This document shows, piece after piece, positions 46,513 to 55,811 of a DNA stretch of 64,000 bases. Origin of the DNA: Anaerolineales bacterium (GTDB lineage Bacteria > Chloroflexota > Anaerolineae > Anaerolineales > Villigracilaceae); NCBI GenBank assembly GCA_017985935.1, contig JAGNWT010000001.1, positions 32,871-96,870 on the forward strand, in the 5' to 3' direction. How positions within the stretch are numbered: position 1 is the first letter of the stretch; each line of letters begins with the position of its first letter. The notes below the pieces were generated by a model. It searched no databases and was not told the DNA's origin. It was given only the letters and a program-made list of their open reading frames with translations. The position numbers and the translations under genes were made by a program.

Positions 46513-47880
46513 CTACGCGATAACCGTCAACCAGATCACGAAGGTCGTGCCTTTTCCCTCTTTTGATTCAACCTTGATCTGACCACCATGATGCTCCACG
46601 ATCCATTGAGTGATGGAGAGTCCCAGCCCGAAGCCGCTGGTGCTTGAGCGTGTGCGTGATTTCTCTGCGCGATAGAAACGATCGAAGATGTGAGGCAGGT
46701 CTTCGGCGGGGATTCCCGGTCCCGTATCGCGGATGATAATGCGCGCCTGTTCGCCGATCTTTGCCATGCTCAGGAACACATCGCCACCCTGAGGTGTGTA
46801 TTGAATGGCGTTGGAGATCAGGTTCAAGAAGACCTGTTTCAAACGGTCACGGTCGCCATTGACCATCACCTGATCGATCTCATTAAGATGCACCCGCACC
46901 TTGCTGCCCGCCAAAACACACATCTCGGTGAAGACCTCGGTCAGCAGCAGGTCGAGTTCCACGGGCTTGAGGTTGAGGGTCAGCTTGCCTGACTCTGCCT
47001 GTGCAAGCATCAACAGACCGCCCACCAACCTTGTTAGCCGACCGGCTTCCTGATCAATGCTGCCCAGCGATTCTTCATCCGCCTGCTTCATCCGGCGCAT
47101 GAGATCGACGTTGCCTTTAATAACGGTGAGCGGTGTGCGAAGTTCGTGGCTGACATCTGCAAGAAATCTTTGCTGAGAAGTGAAAAGGGATTCGAGACGT
47201 TCAAGGGTTTGATTAAAGGAAACCACAAGATCGCCGATCTCATCTTCGTTCTGCACATCATGGGGAATGCGGCGAGAAAGGTCATCAGCACGGTTGATCT
47301 GGTCCACGGTTTCGGTGATGGCTTCCAAAGGAGACAGAGCGCGCCCGAGGACCACCCATGAACCCAGAGCGGCAATAAGCACCGCAAAAACAGCAATGAC
47401 CGCCATGGTCGAAAGCATGTTCGTGCGGGTGGCGTCCACCACGCTCAAACTGGCGCCTACTTGCAAGGTCCCGATCGTCCGCTCTCCCAACACGAGGGGC
47501 ACACTCAGCACGCGCAGGTGGGCTCCGTCGAGATAGGAATCTTGATAGATGCTTTCCCCTGCCTGAAGTCCGTTTGGATCGAGGGGCTTGGTCAATGTGC
47601 CAATGCTGGGAGAAGTGGCGATCAATCTTCCATCCGGTCCCCACACCTGGACGTAAGCGTTCGAGGTCATATCCAATGGGGGCAGGCTGATGAGACTCAA
47701 CTCCCCCACTGAATTGACCTTGGTGACCTGTGTGATGTCGCGCACCACCCCGGCCAACATCGAGTCCACTTGATTGAGCAGGATGATATTTACGAGGAAA
47801 TAGACCACTGCGCCGAAGATGAGCAGAATACCACCCATGATGGTGGAGTACAACCAGGTAAAGCGCAGGCGCAGGGACAT
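46513..47880 (-). CDS. HAMP-domain sensor histidine kinase
   Basis: Two TM helices, HAMP, SHELRTP, N box NAIQY, DTGPG, GFGLGL; start 47880 (track 47955). Confidence 0.92.
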   Translation of the reverse strand: MSLRLRFTWLYSTIMGGILLIFGAVVYFLVNIILLNQVDSMLAGVVRDITQVTKVNSVGELSLISLPPLDMTSNAYVQVWGPDGRLIATSPSIGTLTKPLDPNGLQAGESIYQDSYLDGAHLRVLSVPLVLGERTIGTLQVGASLSVVDATRTNMLSTMAVIAVFAVLIAALGSWVVLGRALSPLEAITETVDQINRADDLSRRIPHDVQNEDEIGDLVVSFNQTLERLESLFTSQQRFLADVSHELRTPLTVIKGNVDLMRRMKQADEESLGSIDQEAGRLTRLVGGLLMLAQAESGKLTLNLKPVELDLLLTEVFTEMCVLAGSKVRVHLNEIDQVMVNGDRDRLKQVFLNLISNAIQYTPQGGDVFLSMAKIGEQARIIIRDTGPGIPAEDLPHIFDRFYRAEKSRTRSSTSGFGLGLSITQWIVEHHGGQIKVESKEGKGTTFVIWLTVIA

Positions 47881-47956
47881 GGTTACAGTGTAATGGTGTG
47901 AGTTTAGTGCAACCTGAGAAAATAAAGAAGCGGCAGAAAATTCTGCCGCTTGCAAG

Positions 47957-48634
47957 TTACGGGTTTTCCCTCATTACATACCCCACGCCGCGCACGGTGT
48001 GGATCAAACGAACCTCGCCTTCCCCTTCGAGCTTTTGACGCAGGTAGCGGATATAGACTTCGAGCACGTTGCTCTCGCCGCCAAAGTCGTACCCCCAAAC
48101 GCGGTCAAAGATCACTTCGCGGGTCAGGACTTGTTTGGGGTGGCGCAGGAATAACTCGAGCAATTCATATTCCTTGGCGGTCAGCGCCACGAGGCGGTTG
48201 CCGCGTGAAGCCTGGCGGGAACTGGTATCGAGGGAAAGGTCGGCAAATTTCAGAACGGGCACACGCTCGGGCTGGGTGCGGCGGAGCAAGGCACGCACGC
48301 GCGCCAGCAATTCATCGAGATTGAAAGGCTTGACCATGTAATCATCTGCGCCGGCATCCAACCCTTGAATGCGGTCCTGAACGGTATCCTTCGCGGTCAG
48401 CATCAGGATCGGGATCGAGCCGCCCGTGCGCAAGCGATGGCAAACTTCCAACCCATCCATGCCGGGCAGCATCCAATCCAAAATCACGAGGTCGGGAGTG
48501 TGATCGCGCGCGGCGATCAAGCCCATGCGTCCGTCTATTGCAGTATCCACGGTATAGCCTTCATAAGCCAAACCGCGCTGCAATAATTTTAGAATTGCCT
48601 GATCATCTTCAATAATTAGAATTCGTTCATTCAT
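47957..48634 (-). CDS. OmpR/PhoB family response regulator
   Basis: [18 protein letters not shown], wHTH with TVRGVGY. Confidence 0.95.
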   Translation of the reverse strand: MNERILIIEDDQAILKLLQRGLAYEGYTVDTAIDGRMGLIAARDHTPDLVILDWMLPGMDGLEVCHRLRTGGSIPILMLTAKDTVQDRIQGLDAGADDYMVKPFNLDELLARVRALLRRTQPERVPVLKFADLSLDTSSRQASRGNRLVALTAKEYELLELFLRHPKQVLTREVIFDRVWGYDFGGESNVLEVYIRYLRQKLEGEGEVRLIHTVRGVGYVMRENP

Positions 48635-48805
48635 GGCAGTATCTCCTGCGTATCGTTTATCTCATTGTTGGTCTTTGTTATCGAAAACTGAAAAATACTT
48701 TGAATTTTTTTCATCAAGCCATGTGATACTCCGCAAAATATACCATAAATCAATCATCTTGATTTTCGACAGCATTTCGACAACATATTAACGAGAAACG
48801 ATTTC

Positions 48806-48833
48806 TTGACACTCCGATTTGGAGGGGTATAAT
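48806..48833 (+). promoter_or_regulatory. Sigma70-type promoter for the T-box/serS transcript
   Basis: TTGACA-N16-TATAAT. Confidence 0.8.
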
Positions 48834-48854
48834 CCCGCCATTGAAAAGACCAGC

Positions 48855-49108
48855 GCGAAGACAAGTAATCACGCAACTGTTCAGAGAGTCGTCGGTCAGT
48901 GCGAGACGACCAGCCAGGTGATGAAATCCCCTTTGCTTGCCCTGAAATTTTCAGGGACAGGTCATTCTCGGAGAGGCAATTGCCATAAGAGGATCGGGTT
49001 GCACCCGTTACCGTGCAAGCCAAGATTGCGCCCTCACCGGCGGAATGAAAGCAGGTGGCACCACGAGACGCCCCCTCGTCCTGCAAATGGACCGGGGGCG
49101 TATTCTAT
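48855..49108 (+). promoter_or_regulatory. T-box riboswitch (Ser, specifier UCC)
   Basis: AG box CAGAGAG, GnTG box, specifier GAAA-TCC (48927-48929), T-box AGGTGGCACCACG (bulge UGGC matches discriminator G), downstream GC-rich terminator; directly upstream of serS. Confidence 0.9.
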
Positions 49109-49129
49109 TAATGCACTTGGAGGTGCAAC

Positions 49130-50398
49130 ATGTTGGATATCAATTTAATTCGAGAAAAGCCCGATGTCGTCCGCAAGTCATTGCAGGACCGCCAAATGGA
49201 CCCGTCTCCTGTGGATGCGATCCTGCAGTTGGATGAAAAGCGGCGCACCCTGCTCGGTCAGGTGGAAGTCCTCAAGGCGGAGCGGAACACGGTCTCAAAG
49301 GAGATCGGGCAGATGAAAGACGCGGCAGCCCGACAGTCGAAGATCGATGCGATGCGCCTGGTCGGAGATAAGATCGCAGAGATGGACAAGCAGGTCGCTG
49401 AAGTCGAAACCGAACTAAACGCGCTCACCGCTTCGCTCCCGAACATTCCTGATGCGCGCGTCCCTTACGGAAAGGATGACAGCGAGAACGTGGTCATCAA
49501 AACCGTGGGCGAGCCGCGCAAGTTCGACTTCAAGCCGCTTCCCCACTGGGACCTCGGACCTGCTCTTGGAATCCTCGACTTTGAACGCGGCACCAAGCTG
49601 ACCGGCTCACGCTTTTACGTTTTGCAAAAAGCAGGCGCGCGCCTGCAGCGCGCCCTCATCGCGTGGATGCTCGACCTGCACATCCGGCAGGGCTATCAGG
49701 AAGAATATCTGCCGTTCATGGTGAAGTCCGCCATTGTGTATGGCGCGGGTCAACTGCCCAAGTTCGCAGATAATCTCTACAAAGATCATGAAGAGGATTA
49801 CTACTTCGTGCCGACCGCTGAAGTTCCGCTGACGGGTTTGCACATGGATGAGATCCTCGATGAAGGTTCGCTGCCAAAACTTTATACTGCGTACACTCCC
49901 TGCTTCCGCCGCGAGAAGATGAGCGCCGGGCGCGATGTGCGCGGCATCAAGCGCGGACATCAATTCGACAAGGTTGAGATGTACATGTACTGCAAGCCCG
50001 AGGAATCGGAAGCCCTGCACCAAAAGATGGTCAAGGATGCAGAAGAGACTTGCGAACTGCTCGGCATTCCCTACCGTGTGAAACGTCTCTGCACTGGCGA
50101 TATCGGATTCGGCTCAACGATGACCTACGATCTTGAGTTGTGGGCGCCCGGCTGCGACGAGTGGTTGGAAGTCTCATCGATCTCAAATGTGACCGATTTC
50201 CAGGCGCGCCGCGCCAACATCAAGTACCGCCCCGCTGACGGCGGCAAGGCGAAGTTCGTCCACACCCTGAACGGCTCAGGGTTGGGCATGCCGCGTACGA
50301 TGATCGCCATCATGGAAAACTATCAACAGGCGGACGGCTCGATCGTGGTGCCTGAAGTCCTGCGCCCGTGGATGGGCGGAATCGACATCATCAAATAA
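49130..50398 (+). CDS. serS: Serine--tRNA ligase
   Basis: MLDINLIR, coiled-coil arm, PTAEVPL, FRRE, EVSSISN, HTLNGSG. Confidence 0.97.
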   Translation: MLDINLIREKPDVVRKSLQDRQMDPSPVDAILQLDEKRRTLLGQVEVLKAERNTVSKEIGQMKDAAARQSKIDAMRLVGDKIAEMDKQVAEVETELNALTASLPNIPDARVPYGKDDSENVVIKTVGEPRKFDFKPLPHWDLGPALGILDFERGTKLTGSRFYVLQKAGARLQRALIAWMLDLHIRQGYQEEYLPFMVKSAIVYGAGQLPKFADNLYKDHEEDYYFVPTAEVPLTGLHMDEILDEGSLPKLYTAYTPCFRREKMSAGRDVRGIKRGHQFDKVEMYMYCKPEESEALHQKMVKDAEETCELLGIPYRVKRLCTGDIGFGSTMTYDLELWAPGCDEWLEVSSISNVTDFQARRANIKYRPADGGKAKFVHTLNGSGLGMPRTMIAIMENYQQADGSIVVPEVLRPWMGGIDIIK

Positions 50399-50459
50399 AC
50401 GATAGACCCGACAGGTAACAGGCATACAACCTGTCGGGTCTTTTGAACGTAGAGGAAGT

Positions 50460-50987
50460 ATGACCGATCCTTCTGGCTGGCAAGTATTTTTCGAATCGTT
50501 GATTGGCGCACTGACCCTGCTCGTCCTGATTACCGGCTTGCTGGGCTTATTCGTTCCCGTCTTCCCCGGGCTGACCGTGATGTGGCTTGGCACTTTGTTC
50601 TATGCCATTGTGCAGGGCTTCAGCGGAAACATGACCTGGGTTGGCTGGCTGTTGTTCTTCTTCATCACCCTGTTGATGATCGGCGGCAACATCGCGGACA
50701 ACTTCATCATCGCCAAACATGTGCGCGACAAGAACGTCCCGTGGAGTTCGATCCTCTGGGCGTTCGCGGCGGGTATCGTTCTCAGCTTATTCTTCACGCC
50801 CATCGTTGGCATTATTTCCTCGCCCATCGCTTTATATCTCGCCGAACTACGGAGACTGAAAGATAAGCCAACCGCCCTTGCCAACACCAAGGCATGGATG
50901 ACAGGCTGGGGCTGGTCCGTTGCGGCGAGATTTGGCATTGGCTTCCTCATGCTCGTGCTATGGCTTTTATGGGTTTGGGCGCAATAA
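50460..50987 (+). CDS. DUF456 family membrane protein
   Basis: GLFVPVFPG start motif, multiple TM helices. Confidence 0.78.
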   Translation: MTDPSGWQVFFESLIGALTLLVLITGLLGLFVPVFPGLTVMWLGTLFYAIVQGFSGNMTWVGWLLFFFITLLMIGGNIADNFIIAKHVRDKNVPWSSILWAFAAGIVLSLFFTPIVGIISSPIALYLAELRRLKDKPTALANTKAWMTGWGWSVAARFGIGFLMLVLWLLWVWAQ

Positions 50988-51003
50988 CCATCAAGGAGTT
51001 CAC

Positions 51004-51288
51004 ATGGGTCAATTTTCAAGTTTTCTTTCGGTCGTTGGGTTTCTCATCCGCGCGCTGGGATTTTTAGTTCTTGGATTCGCACTTGCTCGTTTCACAATGG
51101 ACGCCTACAAAAAAGCGGTCTGGCAGGTGCAGGCGGCGCTGGCACTTGGTTTCTTCGGCTTGTTGGTTGGGCTGACCAATTATTCAAGCGCAGGTTCGAT
51201 GGGCACATTTGCTCTGGGAGCAGGCGCAGCGATCTTGATGGCTGTCATGCCAAAGAAGGAAGAAGCGGAAGAGACAAAAAAAGAGTAG
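51004..51288 (+). CDS. Small three-TM hypothetical protein
   Basis: AAGGAG RBS before ATG 51004; hydrophobic; charged tail. Confidence 0.7.
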   Translation: MGQFSSFLSVVGFLIRALGFLVLGFALARFTMDAYKKAVWQVQAALALGFFGLLVGLTNYSSAGSMGTFALGAGAAILMAVMPKKEEAEETKKE

Positions 51289-51302
51289 GGATTGAAACCA
51301 TC

Positions 51303-51356
51303 GCCTAAGTTAAATCAAAAGGGTTTGGCAAAAATGCCAAACCCTTTTGATTTGAA
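51303..51356. terminator. Bidirectional terminator
   Basis: AAATCAAAAGGGTTTGGCA-aaaa-TGCCAAACCCTTTTGATTT. Confidence 0.8.
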
Positions 51357-51367
51357 AATGACAGAGA

Positions 51368-52369
51368 TCAGAAACTCACCGGCTTGCTCAGCATAACTGA
51401 AAGCAGTTTGATCGAATTGCTCAAGTCATCCACATCCACCATTTCTGAAGCCGAGTGGACGTAACGCACAGGGATGGATAACGCGCCCGTCATTACACCA
51501 GCGCGCGAGATCTGTATTTCGCTCCCGTCAGTGCCGCCCACCAAAAGCACTTCACGCTGATACGGGATCTTCGCTCTCTCCGCAGTCTTGATCATCCAAT
51601 TCACCACGCGCGGATCGGAGATCATGCTCAGATCACGGAACTTCACGCACGGTCCCTTGCCGAGTTCCATGACCATCTTCAACGAACTCGGGGTATCTCC
51701 TGTGGGAGTCACATCCACTGCGATGCCGATCTCGGGGTCAATGCCAAAAGCCGCCGTCCCAGCGCCGCGCGAGCCAACTTCTTCCTGTGTGGTGAAGACA
51801 AAATACAGATCATTGGGCGTGGATTTGATCGCACGCAGAGTCTCGATCAGCACAACCACACCCGTGCGGTCATCGAGAGATTTGGCGACGAGACGGTTTC
51901 CCATTTCAATAAAAGACCGTTCGAACGCGCCGACATCACCGACCTTGACGGGACAATCTTCCACGCTGGTCGCGCCGACATCGATGTACATCTTGTTGAG
52001 CGGAAGCCAGTTATCGATCTGTTCGAGGCGGTCATAACCGACCACACCTGTTGCGCCGTTCAAAAAGCGGACCCGCGCCCCGAGCGTGTACCTGCCGAAT
52101 GTCCCGCCTACATTGGTGAAACGCACGAATCCGTTCTTATCGACATGCGAGACAATGACACCGATCTCATCCATGTGAGCGGCAAGCATGATCTTCCTGG
52201 GATTCTTCGCGCCGGCCGCAGGTTTCTTGCGGACGATGAGATTCCCAAGCGCATCCTCGCGCACTTCATCGGCGAGCGGTTTTACTTCAGCAAGGATCAG
52301 CTTGCGGACGGCGTCTTCGTAGCCCGAGGGGCCAAATGTTTCGGTCAGTGATTTCAGTAATTGTTTCAT
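51368..52369 (-). CDS. M42 family (TET-type) metallo-aminopeptidase, paralog 3
   Basis: AAHMDEIG, KSLDDR, TTQEEVG, AVDVT, RYVHS. Confidence 0.92.
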   Translation of the reverse strand: MKQLLKSLTETFGPSGYEDAVRKLILAEVKPLADEVREDALGNLIVRKKPAAGAKNPRKIMLAAHMDEIGVIVSHVDKNGFVRFTNVGGTFGRYTLGARVRFLNGATGVVGYDRLEQIDNWLPLNKMYIDVGATSVEDCPVKVGDVGAFERSFIEMGNRLVAKSLDDRTGVVVLIETLRAIKSTPNDLYFVFTTQEEVGSRGAGTAAFGIDPEIGIAVDVTPTGDTPSSLKMVMELGKGPCVKFRDLSMISDPRVVNWMIKTAERAKIPYQREVLLVGGTDGSEIQISRAGVMTGALSIPVRYVHSASEMVDVDDLSNSIKLLSVMLSKPVSF

Positions 52370-52372
52370 CGG

Positions 52373-53092
52373 TTAATTTCCCAAATTGAATTTTTCGCCA
52401 GCGGCGTAGCTCTTATTTTCATCGCGCGTAAAAACATGCGCCTTTGCCTTGCCCATCACGGTCCAAGATTCGTTCAGCCTGCCGACAACGGCAGTATTCT
52501 CATCCACGCCGAGCATGATCTCGCCCGCCTTCAAACGTCCACGCAGGGCAGAGACCAGCGGCTTGCCAAACAATGGAATGGCATCAAAATGCGGCATGAC
52601 AAAAGCCACAGGCACGGAGCCGAAGGCAGAGACGGAGCGCATGCCCATCGTGCGAAAATCAGGGACCTCGCGCCCGAGGATCATCGCGCCTGCCGAACAA
52701 CCCGCGTAGACCGCGCCGCGCGCCCATGCTTTTTGCGCCGCCTGCCAGACGAGACTATCCTTCATGGTGCGATGCAGATATCCAGGGTCGCCGCCCGAGA
52801 AATAGACCACGTCCGCATCTTCCACCGCCGATGCATGATTCAGATCATTGGCAGATTCTACGTCCACGACAGGAACAGCCTGAACGTCCGCCCCGAGCCG
52901 AGTGAAGTGCTCCACACCCATCCGTGACCAGCGTCCCACGCTGGCATCGCCCTCACGCCCTGCGGCGGTTGGCAGGCAAACGACTCGCGGCTTGCGTCCC
53001 GCTGCTCCGCAATTGGCAAGCAGGTAGCGGTCCACATCATCCATGACCGAAAGATATTCTCCAGAACCCAGTAAAGCGATCAAGCCGTTCAT
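52373..53092 (-). CDS. Peptidase S51 / cyanophycinase-like (class I glutamine amidotransferase fold)
   Basis: LLGSGE, LPTA, YFSGGDP, GCSAGA, PHFD, GVDENT; start 53092. Confidence 0.85.
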   Translation of the reverse strand: MNGLIALLGSGEYLSVMDDVDRYLLANCGAAGRKPRVVCLPTAAGREGDASVGRWSRMGVEHFTRLGADVQAVPVVDVESANDLNHASAVEDADVVYFSGGDPGYLHRTMKDSLVWQAAQKAWARGAVYAGCSAGAMILGREVPDFRTMGMRSVSAFGSVPVAFVMPHFDAIPLFGKPLVSALRGRLKAGEIMLGVDENTAVVGRLNESWTVMGKAKAHVFTRDENKSYAAGEKFNLGN

Positions 53093-53094
53093 TT

Positions 53095-54141
53095 TTATTT
53101 TTCCAATAAAGCGGGGGTCATTTTCTGCAATGCGATGTGCAGCAAGTTCAACGTATTTTTCCAATCATCGACCCGCGAAATGCTGATCGGCGAGTGGGTG
53201 TAGCGGTGCGGCACAGAGACCGAGACCACAGGCACGCCCGCGCGGGATTGTTGAATGGCGCCCGCATCCGTGCCACCTCCGCCAGGCTGACGGAATTGAT
53301 ACTGAATGTTGTTCTTCTCGGCGGTCTCTGCCAGAAAACGCACCAGCCGCGGGTCATCCATCGTGGAGGAGTTCGCCATGTAAATGGCAGGACCAAGCCC
53401 CAACTGGGTGTTGTAGGTGTAATTTTCCCTGCCTTCATAATCGGGCAGGTCGCGCGCGGGAGTCGAATCTACGGCAATGGCGAGGTCAGGCGCGAAGTAA
53501 TGCGCCGCCACCTTTGCGCCGCGCAGACCAATCTCTTCCTGCACGCTGAAAGAGAGACACAGCTCGATATTCTTCGGCGCGTGTTTGAGCAGCTCGATCA
53601 GGATCGCCACGCCGATGCGATCGTCAATGGATTTGGACATGATGGACGGACCGACTCGTTTGAACTTCGTGGCGAAGGTGGCGCGGTCACCGACCTTTGC
53701 CCTGCCATCGGGACCGAGATCAATGCGCATCGAGTCCACGCTCACGGCATGTTCACGCTCTGAGGCAGTGGTCAGGTGGATCGGTTTCGCGCCGATCACG
53801 CCGACGGTGTGGTCCTTACCCACGATGACCTGCTTGCCAACCAGATGACGCTCGTCAATGCCGCCAACACATTCAAATTGATAGAAACCATCTTCATCAT
53901 CGCTGACGATCATGAAGCCCACTTCATCCATGTGGGCATCGAGCATCACACGCAGCGGCTTTTTTCCCGCACCCTTTTTGCGGACGAGCACACTGCCTAG
54001 CGCATCCACTTTGACTTCGTCGGCGTAAGGCTTGACCTCTTCGAGCACCATGCGGCGCACTTCGCCTTCGTCACCAGAGACCGACATGGCGTTGCACAAT
54101 TTTTCGAGCAGTTTAATTTGGGGTGTTCCAATAGAAAGCAT
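53095..54141 (-). CDS. M42 family aminopeptidase, paralog 2
   Basis: DAHMDEVG, KSIDDR, SVQEEIG, AVDST, RYTHS. Confidence 0.92.
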   Translation of the reverse strand: MLSIGTPQIKLLEKLCNAMSVSGDEGEVRRMVLEEVKPYADEVKVDALGSVLVRKKGAGKKPLRVMLDAHMDEVGFMIVSDDEDGFYQFECVGGIDERHLVGKQVIVGKDHTVGVIGAKPIHLTTASEREHAVSVDSMRIDLGPDGRAKVGDRATFATKFKRVGPSIMSKSIDDRIGVAILIELLKHAPKNIELCLSFSVQEEIGLRGAKVAAHYFAPDLAIAVDSTPARDLPDYEGRENYTYNTQLGLGPAIYMANSSTMDDPRLVRFLAETAEKNNIQYQFRQPGGGGTDAGAIQQSRAGVPVVSVSVPHRYTHSPISISRVDDWKNTLNLLHIALQKMTPALLEK

Positions 54142-54146
54142 AATGC

Positions 54147-55223
54147 CTAATCCCACTTGATCTGGTTCATAAAATCTTCTTCAAGCGAAGCGACGAATTC
54201 AGCCAGCAAACGACCCGCGCGCTGAATATCCTTGACCGCGACCAACTCCACGGGCGTGTGCATGTATCGCTGCGGAATGCTGACCACCATCGTGGGGACG
54301 CCCTCTGCCGCCAACTGCATGGCATCTGCATCGGTGGAAGAATATTGAGCCATCACCTCGTCCTTGACGGGAATCTCCACCCGCTCGGCAACTTCCTTGA
54401 AGCGCTTATGCAGGAATGGATGAATGCTCGGGCTGATGCCAAGCGTGACTCCCTTGCCGATCGGGAAGGTGGCGTATCCGCTCGAGCCTGTGCCTTTGCC
54501 AAAGGTCATATCCACCGCCACGGCAATGGTCGGGCGGATCTGAAACGCAGATGTGAGCGCGCCGCCGAGTGTCACTTCCTCCTGCACCGAAGCCAGCGCC
54601 CACACATCCCAAACATGCGAGCGGGATTGGAGTTCTTCGAGGCAGATGGTGAGCGCGGCGACGGATGCGCGGTTATCGAGCGTGTGTCCGCTCACGTATC
54701 CACCCGACATTTCAACGGGTTCTGTTCCGAAGGAGACTCTATCCCCGATGCAGACCCGCTTCGCGACTTCCTTTGGCAGCAAGCCTGTGTCGATCATCAG
54801 ATACTTCAAAGCGACCGCGCCAGAGCCTTGTCCTTCGGGAAGCAGGTTCGCAGGAGGCAGGACAACCACGCCGTACAATGCTTCTTCCCTGCTGCCGCCC
54901 GTCGCGTGGACAGTGACAGGCGAGCCAGGCAAAACACGCGAATCCACGCCGCCAATGTTGGTGACGTAGATAAAGCCGTCTGCGATGCGCGAGACCATCA
55001 AACCGATGGCGTCCATGTGGGTGGCGATCAAGACCGAAGGGCGGGAATTCTTTTTCGAAGCGGTACCCTTCTTCAGTCCATGAAGCGACCCGATCCTGCT
55101 TCGGCTGATCTCATCCACAAGTGGAGTCCACTTTTCTTCGATGAGATTCGCAACCGGGGTTTCATATCCTGAAAGCCCTGCAACAGAGATGATTGATTTA
55201 AGAAATGGCAGAATGTCACTCAT
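54147..55223 (-). CDS. M42 family aminopeptidase, paralog 1
   Basis: ATHMDAIG, HTLDNR, SVQEEVT, AVDMT, RYMHT; start 55223. Confidence 0.9.
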   Translation of the reverse strand: MSDILPFLKSIISVAGLSGYETPVANLIEEKWTPLVDEISRSRIGSLHGLKKGTASKKNSRPSVLIATHMDAIGLMVSRIADGFIYVTNIGGVDSRVLPGSPVTVHATGGSREEALYGVVVLPPANLLPEGQGSGAVALKYLMIDTGLLPKEVAKRVCIGDRVSFGTEPVEMSGGYVSGHTLDNRASVAALTICLEELQSRSHVWDVWALASVQEEVTLGGALTSAFQIRPTIAVAVDMTFGKGTGSSGYATFPIGKGVTLGISPSIHPFLHKRFKEVAERVEIPVKDEVMAQYSSTDADAMQLAAEGVPTMVVSIPQRYMHTPVELVAVKDIQRAGRLLAEFVASLEEDFMNQIKWD

Positions 55224-55260
55224 GATGGGTTCAGACCTGAATTTTGGATGGGATAATTTC

Positions 55261-55740
55261 TTACGGGGTTCCACCAAGCGCGGTCGGTGACGGGGTCACG
55301 GGCGTGGGTGTGGAAGTGGGAGGAGGCGGTAATGTGGCTGTCGGTGTGGCAGATGGCGTTAACGTCGCTGAGGGGATGGCTGTTGCCGTGAAGGTTGGCG
55401 TAGCAGTGAACGAAGCCGTCGGCGATGCGGTGTTGGTGGAGGTCGGGGTGAAGGTGTTCGGCTGGAAGGGAGTCGGAGAGATGGTGGGTGTGGCGGTAAT
55501 GGTGGGCGTATTGGTAATGGAAGGGGTGACGATCAGCGGCGTGAGGCTGAGGGTGGGAGTCACCGGAGTCCCTGTGAAAGGGAGGGTGCTGGTCATGGTG
55601 ATGGTCGGTGTGGGGGTGGCACGCTCATCCGGCGCGAGCGAAAGGGCAACAAAACCAATGCAATAGCACGGGATGGTGAGGATGATCACGGTGATGATCG
55701 TCGAGCGGCGGCGTGTGCGGATCGAAGCGGATTCAAACAT
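55261..55740 (-). CDS. Membrane-anchored Thr/Pro-rich protein
   Basis: One TM helix followed by about 110 aa of TPT/TAT repeats; start uncertain. Confidence 0.65.
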   Translation of the reverse strand: MFESASIRTRRRSTIITVIILTIPCYCIGFVALSLAPDERATPTPTITMTSTLPFTGTPVTPTLSLTPLIVTPSITNTPTITATPTISPTPFQPNTFTPTSTNTASPTASFTATPTFTATAIPSATLTPSATPTATLPPPPTSTPTPVTPSPTALGGTP

Positions 55741-55811
55741 GTTGGGTCGATTATAATCCATCAGCAATTGCAGGAAGCGCAAAACATTTATAGTCCAAAA
55801 GAGTCTCCCCC

